A program made the translations under genes and the position numbers. Shown one piece after another: positions 54,921-64,000 of a stretch of 64,000 nt of DNA. Position 1 is the first letter of the stretch, and every line of letters begins with the position of its first letter. Under the pieces are notes generated by a model, which was not told the DNA's origin, did not search any database, and was given only the letters and a program-made list of their open reading frames with translations. This DNA is from Epithemia pelagica. Its lineage: Eukaryota; Protista; Bacillariophyta. The stretch covers positions 2,232,001-2,296,000 of the forward strand of contig OX337236.1 of NCBI GenBank assembly GCA_946965045.2, in the 5' to 3' direction.

Positions 54921-55249
54921 CTTTCCGTTGAACGGACCAATTATGTTTTTTCAGTTACCGCGCCTGCTTGCAATGCCGTGTGACTGCGAGAGGGAAAGTC
55001 AACTCGTTTCTGATTGCAAGCATGCCAGTCACACAAACACAACACAACGGAGTGCTCAGAAGAAGAACTTCACGTCGTTGTCTCGCAATCTCTTGCCATC
55101 ATAAATTTTGTCTCAATGAAATGAAAGTGGTGCTACCGACCGACAGAGTACCTGCTTGGAGTAAGAAAGACGATGCCAAGCTCGCTGAACTCTTTCGCAA
55201 GGGTCCAAGCCACGGTGGAATTTCAAGCAACGACACGTCCGTTAACACT

Positions 55250-56007
55250 TGATAAACTTCTCTCGATTCAACAGGGGTTAGACAGATAGGTAGGATAGGT
55301 AAAAGGCTCGCTGAGCCGACAATCGAATCACCAACCGATACAACAATCCTCCACGGGTCAGAGAAGAGTTGCAAGTCGAAGTCCGCCGTGGGTGGGGGCA
55401 GTCGGTCCACTGATAAGAGGTTAGTCTTAAGATGAGTGTTAAAATGGTGATATTAATGATTGTGAGACGATTACTAACTAAGGTGGTTGATGGTGTCGAA
55501 GTCCTGGCTCTTGTATACGGCCATGGATCTGGTGTGATAGGTCCTCACTGGTTGGAGTAGACCGGCATTGGTGTATATTGAATGTATAGGGTGATGGATA
55601 ACATGTATGGGATGCAACAGCTCTTGCTTTGTCGTGGTATAAGTCTTGTCCTGGGCGCGTTGCTGTTTGCATTCTTGGATTTGTGGGAACAGAGATATGG
55701 TCTCGCGTGATCGTGATTCGTGCTTTGATTACATAGACCGTTAGGTCGAATCGTGGATGTGCGTACTCGGATAGTAGAGGCGCGCACTTGATAGTTTTGG
55801 GCGCGCACGTGTTGGGCCATAGTTAATATCCGAGCGGTCGCCGATAACGCGTGCACTGCGAGCATGCCGTGGCCAAATTTATAGTTTCGCGAGCATGCCG
55901 ACATTCTTTTCTCATTTTTAGGAAAATGTCATCGGATGCCATAAAATACTAGCATCATTCGATGAGTTGTAGGTTTCGCCACCTAGTTTTCGGTGAGAAT
56001 CCTAACA
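55250..56007 (-). repeat. Copia 2 3' LTR (758 bp)
   Basis: Direct repeat of 62792-63549; one mismatch seen (55423 A vs 62965 G). Confidence 0.95.
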
Positions 56008-59000
56008 CTCCCCACAATTCGTCGAATGAGGATTGTCAATTCCCTCATCACTTTCCTGGATTTTTCCTCTCCAGAATAACAAAGATCTGAGCATGGGCCA
56101 AACTGCGGCGAATTCCCAATGTTTGCTGAGGATATCAGCTGGGTTTGTCTTTCCATCTTTCCAGTAGAATGCGACGTACTTTGCAGCGATAGCTTCACGG
56201 ACTCGGTGATAGGATAGGAGATGGTGCCTCTTGGAGATGATTGAGTGTGGTGTGGTGCTATTGATAACGACAGAGCGGTTATCTCCAAACATGTAACTCT
56301 TCTCTCGCAGAGGGACTCCCAAGTATCGGAGTGTAAGGCGTAGCTCCGTGATCTGATCAACTGCAGTCCTTGCGGCAACAAATTCAGATCCATACGTGGC
56401 TGTTTCCACTGTGGCTTGTCGCTTACTGTACCAGTCCACGGGTGTACCATTCACAAAATGCAGGATGGCTGTAACTGCTTTCCCAGTAACCGTATCATGC
56501 ATGAGATTTGCGTCGACATAATGTATAGTTGTCACAAAACGCCCAAGTGGGGTTGGACAGTCCTCAGGGATACGTTCCTTGGCGTCCATGTATACGGTAC
56601 GACTCCAATCGTATTCTTGGATAGGTAAAGCTGATAAATCTGGCTCCCCAGTGCGGAATCTGATAGACCCATCAGGAAATGACATGAGGTATCCATAGAT
56701 GCGTTTAGCTCGCTTCAAATGACCAATCCTTGGAGCAGCTCTGAACCTTGATAGAGTCATGGTAGCAGGAAAGACATCAAAACGGCCAATGGTAATTAGC
56801 CATTGCAGTTGTCCAATAAGAGTCTGGAAATGCTGGGTCCCTTCTTCATCTAAGAGCTCAGAGTCATCGAGTTCAGGATGATCGTTAGCAATGACTGGCG
56901 GCTTTGCTTTCTTGGGTTTCTCATTGAACAATCGCTCATAGGTATCCATCATCTTCTCGATGTACCTTCGTGGGTCAGACACAAGTGTACCGTCTGGATC
57001 TGTGGTATAACGACACCCCAAATGATACTCGATAGGTCCGACTCCTTTGAGTTTGAAGTTGTATTTGTCTGTAAAGATCTTGCAGACAGCTTCAGGGTCC
57101 ATGGCAACGATAGCTAAGTCATCAACATATACAGCGATATATTCATAACAGTCTTCTCCAGGAGCCTTCTTCATCCAGATATCAGGGTCAGCCTTGCTTG
57201 GAGAAAATCCCATATCAATGAGAACATCAAACAGTTTGTCATGCCAGCGAGCACCTGAGGATTTGAGACCATATAATGCCTTGTAGATGATCAAGATATG
57301 TCCTTCTAACTCCTTGAACTCTGGTCCTGCAATGATGAAAATCTTCTCTCCTGTCAATGCTTCTAGGTATGCGTTCCCAATATCTGCTCCCCATATTTCC
57401 ATGTCGTTCATGGTTCCAAGAAATATGGCAATGCGAAGGTTGCGAATGGAGACAACCCCTGAATAGATGGTCTCAACGGGTTCCTTGGTGAGATGTCCAT
57501 CTGCGACAAGTCGTGCCTTGTGCCTTCCGTCATGCTTGACATCAAAGACCAGATGTACTCTTATCTTATGATATCCTTCTGGTGCATTGGCCAATTTCCC
57601 ATTAATGAACTTGGCTTTTCCATGGTCCTTGAAAGTGTTATACGATTGGATCTGTGAGAGTTCCAATTCTGTTGCGTCTTGCCATTTCGTGTTCCCAAAT
57701 TGCTTGTCTAGTTCCACTGCTTCTTCATAGGTGCGAGGTACTTGGAAACCAAACTTGTACTTGATAGAGCGACGAACTTGTTTGATCCTGGATTGTTTAG
57801 CTGCTCGAATGAGTCTTTTGCTTGTCTTGACGTATCGCTTGAGATGTTTCCATCCAGGTAGATCCAGCAAACCATTTTTCTTGGCATAGATGGTGACTGT
57901 GATGGGGTCATCATTTGCAATAAGAGATAGAGGTTCGTATGTCGTCTCCCCAGTCTCCCAATCAACAAGGACATAATATTTACTCCCTTTATAGTCTGGG
58001 TCGCTTGAGTTCAAAGGTCCTTGGTGTGCAATAACGTCTCTGAATCGGAAGAGACTATCCCCTGTCGTTTGGGCTTGATTATCCCTTTCAATGTATTCCA
58101 TGAGCTGGTTGTAGGAGATCATCTCATCAACATTGGAGTTAGACTTGCGAAAGATATATTTGAGTCGATCTTCTTGTTTGGTTGCATCTTGTTCCAGGTC
58201 GACAACTCGTTTGATTACTCGTGCTCGGTGGCGCTCCCCATTCTCTTCAGTGTCACAAAGGAATGTGCGTCCAACTAAATCGTCGTAGTCAATTGTTGGC
58301 ATAGGTGTGGATGGGTCTTCACTTCTGCTGCGAATAAAGACAGTGTCACCTTGCTTGTCAGTGGGTTTATGCGGCGACTCCTCCCCTGAAGAGATATCCA
58401 CACGAAGGTTGGGGGTAGTGGAGGCAACGCGACGGACAGCGGAACGGTAGATGATGACGTTGTCGGCAGTGAGGATCTTCCAAGTAAAGGCATCACCAAC
58501 ATTGTGGGCAAAACCAACCCAGTGGCCAATCTTCTCGTCGGGAGACGAAGGGTAAGAACCGGAGGTAGGTTCAGAAGGGTCGACACGATAGTAGACCTCA
58601 TCCCAGAAAGGAAAGAAAAGGAGATGGGTAATGTCGGGTGGGGTACCGGTAAGAGCCTCAAGAGGGGTGCAGCCAGAGTGGGTGGGAGAGGAAGTGTGAT
58701 TGAGGAGGTCACACACATATTCTAAACAAAGTAACCATGCAGAAGCAGGGCAACCAGATGCATTCATGATAGCATTGGTCATACGCTTAACGGTCTGATA
58801 GCGGTTCTCAGCTTTGTTCTGGTGTTGATGATAGGGCTCGGAACGGTATTCACCAATCAGAAGGGTGCGAAGAATATCCTTGACCTTGTGGGAAATAAGT
58901 GACGAACCACCATCACTGATCAAAGTCTCCATGACACCACGTGTACGAATGTTATCCTGGAGGGTATTGACGAATTGCTTGGTAGACTTGATACCATAAA

Positions 59001-61683
59001 TGTCAGTAACCAAAGTATCACGACCAACAAAAATCTGAGCAATCTTGCCACCATGGTTAACAGCCGGGGTGTCGGAGAAGATGGAGTCAGTGGCAACGGG
59101 TTCATGCCGTCGTGGGAGGTTAAGGATAGGATTCCGGGCCTTAAAGTGTTTCTTCAAGGTATCCTGGTCAAAGGAAATGTGTCCATGACGAGTTGTATGC
59201 TTGAACGTATCGGCGATTACGTCTTCCGATTGCCACCCAAAGAAAGGGCGAAATTTCTTCCAGTCGTATTGTTCCTTGTAGAGTTTGTGGACAGACGCAT
59301 GAAGTGTGGGGTCGTTGCCATCTTGATCAGCATAGATGGAAAAGAAGGAAGGTGTATCGGGGCCATGATCATATGGGAGATCAAGGAGGAGATTCAAAGT
59401 GCATACAACGCGATCGGTATACTCCCCATATTGGTCATAGGGGTACGTTTCCATACTACCATCAGTCTCCACAGATGTCCAGTTCGGTGCAGGGTCTTGA
59501 TGGGGGTCTGGATGGGTATGGTCAAGTACAGAAGGATCCCAGATATGGGGTGAAGTGAACACAATATGCGGATATTTATCCATATCGTCATCAGAAGGGA
59601 TTCCCAGAGATTGAATGTATGCAAGGCCATCCTTGATTCGTAAGGGCAATGCGCGTCCATCAAGGGTAGTAATGCGTTGTTTGCCATCAACCTTGACGGA
59701 TCGTTCGTCGACAGATAGGCCGAAATGTTCAAATTGCGCTGGGGCATGGATAGATAAACCCTTTCCATAGTGGGCATACTCATTGAAGATACCAATAATG
59801 GGTCCATCACTTGTATCAAACTTGGCAGCACAGGTAACAACTGGAAGGCCAGTCAATTCATGATTGTCAATACCTACGATGGTAATATGACGTCCGGTTT
59901 TGGCAAGGATACGCATGTCAGATCCTGCAAGGCCTCCATTGGCACCTCGATCGATGAGTTGATTACCAGAAAAGGTGGATTTGCGGGAGAATAGATATCG
60001 TGACATATGAACCTTTTGCTTGTGATCAGCAGAAGACTTGAACTTGACTTTAGGACTTGATTTTGTCGTAGAAGTTGACAAGATGTTGCTGAGGTCAGAT
60101 GCTGGATGATTGATATCTGTCGATGCAATAGCCTGGTGTACGAACTGGGTAACCGGATCAGAGGATGTATCGAATGGATCTTGTTCTGGTGCATCTTGAT
60201 GGGTATCACCAATGTTGTTGGCATCAGGATCAGGGTCTGGTTCAGGATCAATGTCAAGAGAATGTGTTTGGACCTTGCGTGGAGTTGTCGGGGAATCTTG
60301 GACGGATTTATTGAAGTCGACAATGATTTGCCGATCCTCTTCAGAGAGTTTAAACCATACATCTCTTGGAAGGCTGATTTTCGACGAAGTTGAGGACTTT
60401 TCGGATTGGATATTCGTGTTGTTGATCTGGTAGTCAGGGGACTCCACTGGTTCAAAAGGTTCATCCAACTGAAATTCATGTTGCTTTACATGACGACGGC
60501 GGTTAGACGCAGAAGTTCGGGTAGCTTGGTCATGGTCAAAAGCAGCATCAAGAAGCAGGCGGAAATATGATTGATAACAGAGAGACTTGGCTCCAGATTT
60601 TGTGTTGACAACGTTATCCAAGATCTTGACTCGTCTTAAATCAGGTACCTTTTCAACAGCTTGCATAAGGAAGGTCATCCTTGTATGGTCATGGATACGA
60701 TCCGACAGTGATACAAGGTTATCCAGAAGTCGTAGCTGTTCTTGAAAATGTAGGAGAAACTGACGAGTTGTACCACGCCAAGAGTCATCCAGTCGAAGAT
60801 TCGAAATGTAGCTTGTTAGGCGTAACACTTCTCGTTTAGCTAGATCAGATTCAGTGTGTAGAACATGGAGTTTCTTCAAGACGGCTCTTGCATCTTCATC
60901 ATGTTCATGTTCTCGAACATATGCTCTTCCTTGGTCGGTTTGGATAATACGTACAAGTACAGAATAGACAAAGACTTGTTGTTCTCGGAAAAGTAACTCT
61001 GCGCATTCGTCATCCTTGGGTACCTTGTAATCGAAATCAAGAACATTCGACAATCCTTGTGCTTTCGCAGTTGATTTGAATACACGCCAAAACGAATCAA
61101 AATATCGTTCGTCTTTGAATGATTCAAATGCTGTTGCATCTCTTTTGGTTCCTTTCTTGAAAGCAGAGAGATCTAACATGGATTGAGATGTTGTAGAGGA
61201 TGTAGTGGGAGATCGGGATGATACGGAGTGTGCAGGTGATTTCAGAGGAGAAACTGGGTCTTGGTTCATACCAGACTTGGTAAAGTCGGTGTTGATCCTC
61301 CAATCGTCATATTGGTCCCTCGTGAGGTTCATCCATGTAGCACGGGGTAGTTTTCCATGTTGGAGTTGCCGTTGTTGTAGTAACCAATATGCCATTAGTT
61401 TGAGTTGTAATCTTGTACTTGTCTGTAGGTCGTTGACTTGTTTTCCAACCTTGTATTGCATGAGATCCTTGAGTGTCTCCTCGGGATCAGTTGCAACATG
61501 GTCGAGGACATGAAGGATATGTTCAAAACCATGATGTCGCATCCACTTTTGAAGTGATTGGGCTCGTTCATCATTACAACCAAAGATGCCTTTAGTTATA
61601 TGGTCAAAGAGATCTTGATCGGTTATATGACTTGACTTGTCCTCAGAAGGGGTAAACGGTGTCTTGGGTGATTGAGGATCCAT
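56002..61683 (-). CDS. Copia 2 Gag-Pol polyprotein, 1893 aa
   Basis: Same PR (LIDRGANGG), INT, RT (YVDDL) and RNase H motifs as copia 1; diverged gag N-terminus. Confidence 0.97.
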   Translation of the reverse strand: MDPQSPKTPFTPSEDKSSHITDQDLFDHITKGIFGCNDERAQSLQKWMRHHGFEHILHVLDHVATDPEETLKDLMQYKVGKQVNDLQTSTRLQLKLMAYWLLQQRQLQHGKLPRATWMNLTRDQYDDWRINTDFTKSGMNQDPVSPLKSPAHSVSSRSPTTSSTTSQSMLDLSAFKKGTKRDATAFESFKDERYFDSFWRVFKSTAKAQGLSNVLDFDYKVPKDDECAELLFREQQVFVYSVLVRIIQTDQGRAYVREHEHDEDARAVLKKLHVLHTESDLAKREVLRLTSYISNLRLDDSWRGTTRQFLLHFQEQLRLLDNLVSLSDRIHDHTRMTFLMQAVEKVPDLRRVKILDNVVNTKSGAKSLCYQSYFRLLLDAAFDHDQATRTSASNRRRHVKQHEFQLDEPFEPVESPDYQINNTNIQSEKSSTSSKISLPRDVWFKLSEEDRQIIVDFNKSVQDSPTTPRKVQTHSLDIDPEPDPDPDANNIGDTHQDAPEQDPFDTSSDPVTQFVHQAIASTDINHPASDLSNILSTSTTKSSPKVKFKSSADHKQKVHMSRYLFSRKSTFSGNQLIDRGANGGLAGSDMRILAKTGRHITIVGIDNHELTGLPVVTCAAKFDTSDGPIIGIFNEYAHYGKGLSIHAPAQFEHFGLSVDERSVKVDGKQRITTLDGRALPLRIKDGLAYIQSLGIPSDDDMDKYPHIVFTSPHIWDPSVLDHTHPDPHQDPAPNWTSVETDGSMETYPYDQYGEYTDRVVCTLNLLLDLPYDHGPDTPSFFSIYADQDGNDPTLHASVHKLYKEQYDWKKFRPFFGWQSEDVIADTFKHTTRHGHISFDQDTLKKHFKARNPILNLPRRHEPVATDSIFSDTPAVNHGGKIAQIFVGRDTLVTDIYGIKSTKQFVNTLQDNIRTRGVMETLISDGGSSLISHKVKDILRTLLIGEYRSEPYHQHQNKAENRYQTVKRMTNAIMNASGCPASAWLLCLEYVCDLLNHTSSPTHSGCTPLEALTGTPPDITHLLFFPFWDEVYYRVDPSEPTSGSYPSSPDEKIGHWVGFAHNVGDAFTWKILTADNVIIYRSAVRRVASTTPNLRVDISSGEESPHKPTDKQGDTVFIRSRSEDPSTPMPTIDYDDLVGRTFLCDTEENGERHRARVIKRVVDLEQDATKQEDRLKYIFRKSNSNVDEMISYNQLMEYIERDNQAQTTGDSLFRFRDVIAHQGPLNSSDPDYKGSKYYVLVDWETGETTYEPLSLIANDDPITVTIYAKKNGLLDLPGWKHLKRYVKTSKRLIRAAKQSRIKQVRRSIKYKFGFQVPRTYEEAVELDKQFGNTKWQDATELELSQIQSYNTFKDHGKAKFINGKLANAPEGYHKIRVHLVFDVKHDGRHKARLVADGHLTKEPVETIYSGVVSIRNLRIAIFLGTMNDMEIWGADIGNAYLEALTGEKIFIIAGPEFKELEGHILIIYKALYGLKSSGARWHDKLFDVLIDMGFSPSKADPDIWMKKAPGEDCYEYIAVYVDDLAIVAMDPEAVCKIFTDKYNFKLKGVGPIEYHLGCRYTTDPDGTLVSDPRRYIEKMMDTYERLFNEKPKKAKPPVIANDHPELDDSELLDEEGTQHFQTLIGQLQWLITIGRFDVFPATMTLSRFRAAPRIGHLKRAKRIYGYLMSFPDGSIRFRTGEPDLSALPIQEYDWSRTVYMDAKERIPEDCPTPLGRFVTTIHYVDANLMHDTVTGKAVTAILHFVNGTPVDWYSKRQATVETATYGSEFVAARTAVDQITELRLTLRYLGVPLREKSYMFGDNRSVVINSTTPHSIISKRHHLLSYHRVREAIAAKYVAFYWKDGKTNPADILSKHWEFAAVWPMLRSLLFWRGKIQESDEGIDNPHSTNCGEC

Positions 61684-61950
61684 GGTGTTATTTGGTTGGT
61701 TCGATGTTTATTTAATGTGCGGTGTGATGTGGTTTATTTAATGTGTGATGTGATGTGAACCCGGATGTACCACGTGTGCCACGTATGTACCACGTATATG
61801 ATACCCGGATGTGTGTTGTGATGTGCGACTCCTGGAAATTTCCGTTGATTCCGACAAATTTTCGCCGAGTTTCAACAAATTTTCGCCGAATTTTCGCGAT
61901 TTGACGGGAATGTGTGGCGTGTTGTGCGACCAAGGGTACCCGGATGTGCG
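61658..61950 (-). promoter_or_regulatory. Ultraconserved 293-nt cis module (copy in copia 2)
   Basis: 4 substitutions versus 24986-25278. Confidence 0.7.
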
Positions 61951-61997
61951 GAACTCGGTCTTGTGTCTGGTTTGGTGTAGAAACTACGTAAAGTTAC

Positions 61998-62753
61998 TTA
62001 TTCTTGGTCACTTTCGGCTCGGTACTGAAGACGAGATGCGGAATCGGTCACTGTAGTGGCTAGTTCTTCAACGTCGTCGTCTTCCAACAAGTGGTTCACG
62101 TGTTGAGTGAAGAGAGGGTAGATAGTCGCACGGAAATCCTGGCAGAGATGGATCTCGTGAACAAAGGAGACGTACTCGTCGAGACGAGTAGTCGGGGTAG
62201 GTAGCGGATTCGTCGTCGAGTTGACGATCCAGATGGTGTGAAAGTAGTTGGTTGGACGTTCAAAAGAGATGAATCGAATACGGATGGGTTCCACAGGGTT
62301 GCCCAACAGGGCTTGGACAATGAAACGGCGTCTCGAGCACTGGTTCAAGAGGTCGAGAAGTCGTTGGATGTCCTCAAGGTCAGTCACGGGTTGGACGGAC
62401 TGGAAATCGATCTCGCGTTCGGTTGTGGAACGGATCACGTCGGGGTCGGTAGTCGACTCAGTCGGCTCGCGGAAGTGTCGGATATGCGCAGTAAGAAGAC
62501 GGCTCGTACGTCGGGTGCGAGTAGGGTTCAAACGGCGAGGCGGAGTCGAAGGTTGAGTCGGGATCGAAGGAGGCTGGACCACTTGGTCCGGGGTCTGGAA
62601 GGGATTCGGAGCACTGGCCTGAGTCGGGGTCTGTTTCGGAGTTTCAACCAAGGGCTCGCCCGGATGGGACACGGGTGGATGGAGTTCCTCCCCGCTTTGT
62701 TGGAAGGAATGAAAGATGTGTCGAATAGAGAGGTTGGAATCGTCGTGAGACAT
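61998..62753 (-). CDS. Copia 2 extra upstream ORF (ORF0), 251 aa from ATG 62753
   Basis: Homologous to 25332-26111 (shared NPF.TP, PPRRL, FQSV, RRR...AL.GNP, RF..FERPT, RLD.YV, RATIYPL). Confidence 0.85.
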   Translation of the reverse strand: MSHDDSNLSIRHIFHSFQQSGEELHPPVSHPGEPLVETPKQTPTQASAPNPFQTPDQVVQPPSIPTQPSTPPRRLNPTRTRRTSRLLTAHIRHFREPTESTTDPDVIRSTTEREIDFQSVQPVTDLEDIQRLLDLLNQCSRRRFIVQALLGNPVEPIRIRFISFERPTNYFHTIWIVNSTTNPLPTPTTRLDEYVSFVHEIHLCQDFRATIYPLFTQHVNHLLEDDDVEELATTVTDSASRLQYRAESDQE

Positions 62754-62777
62754 CGAAAGCTTCTCGGAAATAAACGA

Positions 62778-62791
62778 TGAGACTGTTAATC
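62778..62791 (-). promoter_or_regulatory. Copia 2 primer-binding site GATTAACAGTCTCA
   Basis: Abuts the 5' LTR; identical to 26134-26147. Confidence 0.7.
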
Positions 62792-63549
62792 TGATAAACT
62801 TCTCTCGATTCAACAGGGGTTAGACAGATAGGTAGGATAGGTAAAAGGCTCGCTGAGCCGACAATCGAATCACCAACCGATACAACAATCCTCCACGGGT
62901 CAGAGAAGAGTTGCAAGTCGAAGTCCGCCGTGGGTGGGGGCAGTCGGTCCACTGATAAGAGGTTGGTCTTAAGATGAGTGTTAAAATGGTGATATTAATG
63001 ATTGTGAGACGATTACTAACTAAGGTGGTTGATGGTGTCGAAGTCCTGGCTCTTGTATACGGCCATGGATCTGGTGTGATAGGTCCTCACTGGTTGGAGT
63101 AGACCGGCATTGGTGTATATTGAATGTATAGGGTGATGGATAACATGTATGGGATGCAACAGCTCTTGCTTTGTCGTGGTATAAGTCTTGTCCTGGGCGC
63201 GTTGCTGTTTGCATTCTTGGATTTGTGGGAACAGAGATATGGTCTCGCGTGATCGTGATTCGTGCTTTGATTACATAGACCGTTAGGTCGAATCGTGGAT
63301 GTGCGTACTCGGATAGTAGAGGCGCGCACTTGATAGTTTTGGGCGCGCACGTGTTGGGCCATAGTTAATATCCGAGCGGTCGCCGATAACGCGTGCACTG
63401 CGAGCATGCCGTGGCCAAATTTATAGTTTCGCGAGCATGCCGACATTCTTTTCTCATTTTTAGGAAAATGTCATCGGATGCCATAAAATACTAGCATCAT
63501 TCGATGAGTTGTAGGTTTCGCCACCTAGTTTTCGGTGAGAATCCTAACA
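62792..63549 (-). repeat. Copia 2 5' LTR (758 bp)
   Basis: Direct repeat of 55250-56007. Confidence 0.95.
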
Positions 63550-64000
63550 ACACTGCGAAGAAAGTCCTTCTCACTCACTTTCCCGAGCGCTGCAAGCCCC
63601 ACGTCCACAAGGCATACAAGAATTTTGGCCCTCTCTTTCGCGAAAAAGCCAGAGCCTGGAATATTAACCAGACTTTGACAGGGGCACGGAAAGCCCGAGC
63701 TGGTAAACGACGTAAGTGCAAGTGTCCATTGTTGAAAGTTGCTTCATGATTCTAACTACTTTCTTTCTTTTGTTATAGAATCAGCTGTTGCTGCTGAAGA
63801 GCAAAATCGCCTAGAGGTTAACAACCTTGTCGAGGACGAAGCCGAGGAAGTTGAAGACGGAGACTACAGTGGGGCTGAGGAGGAGGAGGACATCTCCATT
63901 GATCTTGAAGAGGCGTCAGTTGAATCTGGTGCAGCAGAAGAAGAGGTAGAAGACAACAACAGCGAAATCAACAGCTTCAGCATGGAGGAGGCGGTTCAAG

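Larger units (their letters stand above)
55250..63549 (-). mobile_element. Ty1/copia LTR retrotransposon 2 (CoDi-type), 8300 bp, apparently intact
   Basis: 758-bp TG...CA LTRs; TSD ACACT at 55245-55249 and 63550-63554; intact gag-pol. Confidence 0.97.
55121..64000 (+). pseudogene. Probable Harbinger accessory gene (Myb/trihelix-like N-terminus, acidic tail) interrupted by copia 2; continues past the window end
   Basis: 55121-55249 and 63555-63711 rejoin in frame (…DTSVNT|AKKVLLTHFPER…FREKARAW). A GTAAGT...ATAG intron at 63712-63778 leads to an open acidic exon. Divergent from the transposase. Confidence 0.65.

Overview
Eukaryotic nuclear DNA with short GT-AG introns. An aureochrome and CoDi-type copia elements point to a stramenopile, most likely a pennate diatom (inference). 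Host-type genes: Tweety-like membrane protein, NAE1/APPBP1, a Crinkler-type REase-fold protein, RAI1/DXO-like protein, phosphoglycerate mutase, FCF1, Sec61-beta, class C GPCR, aureochrome, NDUFA7-like, TMEM208, a P-loop protein, a frameshifted 7TM receptor, a TTL/aminotransferase-V fusion and an alpha-carbonic anhydrase-TM-EF-hand fusion with an in-frame TAG. About half the window is nested transposons. A GCM-domain Mutator element (16008-29049, 9-bp TSD CGTCTCTTA) has its transposase split by an intact Ty1/copia element (18547-26930, TSD ACATC). A PIF/Harbinger-type element has its second gene split by a second, diverged copia (55250-63549, TSD ACACT). The two copias share an unusual architecture that is the best candidate for an undescribed system: a 14-nt PBS that looks complementary to a tRNA-Asn anticodon arm (half-tRNA priming), a conserved extra sense ORF (~250 aa, no recognisable domain) upstream of gag-pol, and a 293-nt block with only 4 substitutions between that ORF and gag-pol. 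They also share a chromodomain-like integrase tail and a gag-pol stop codon inside the 3' LTR. All family calls are from motif recognition by eye; no database search was run.
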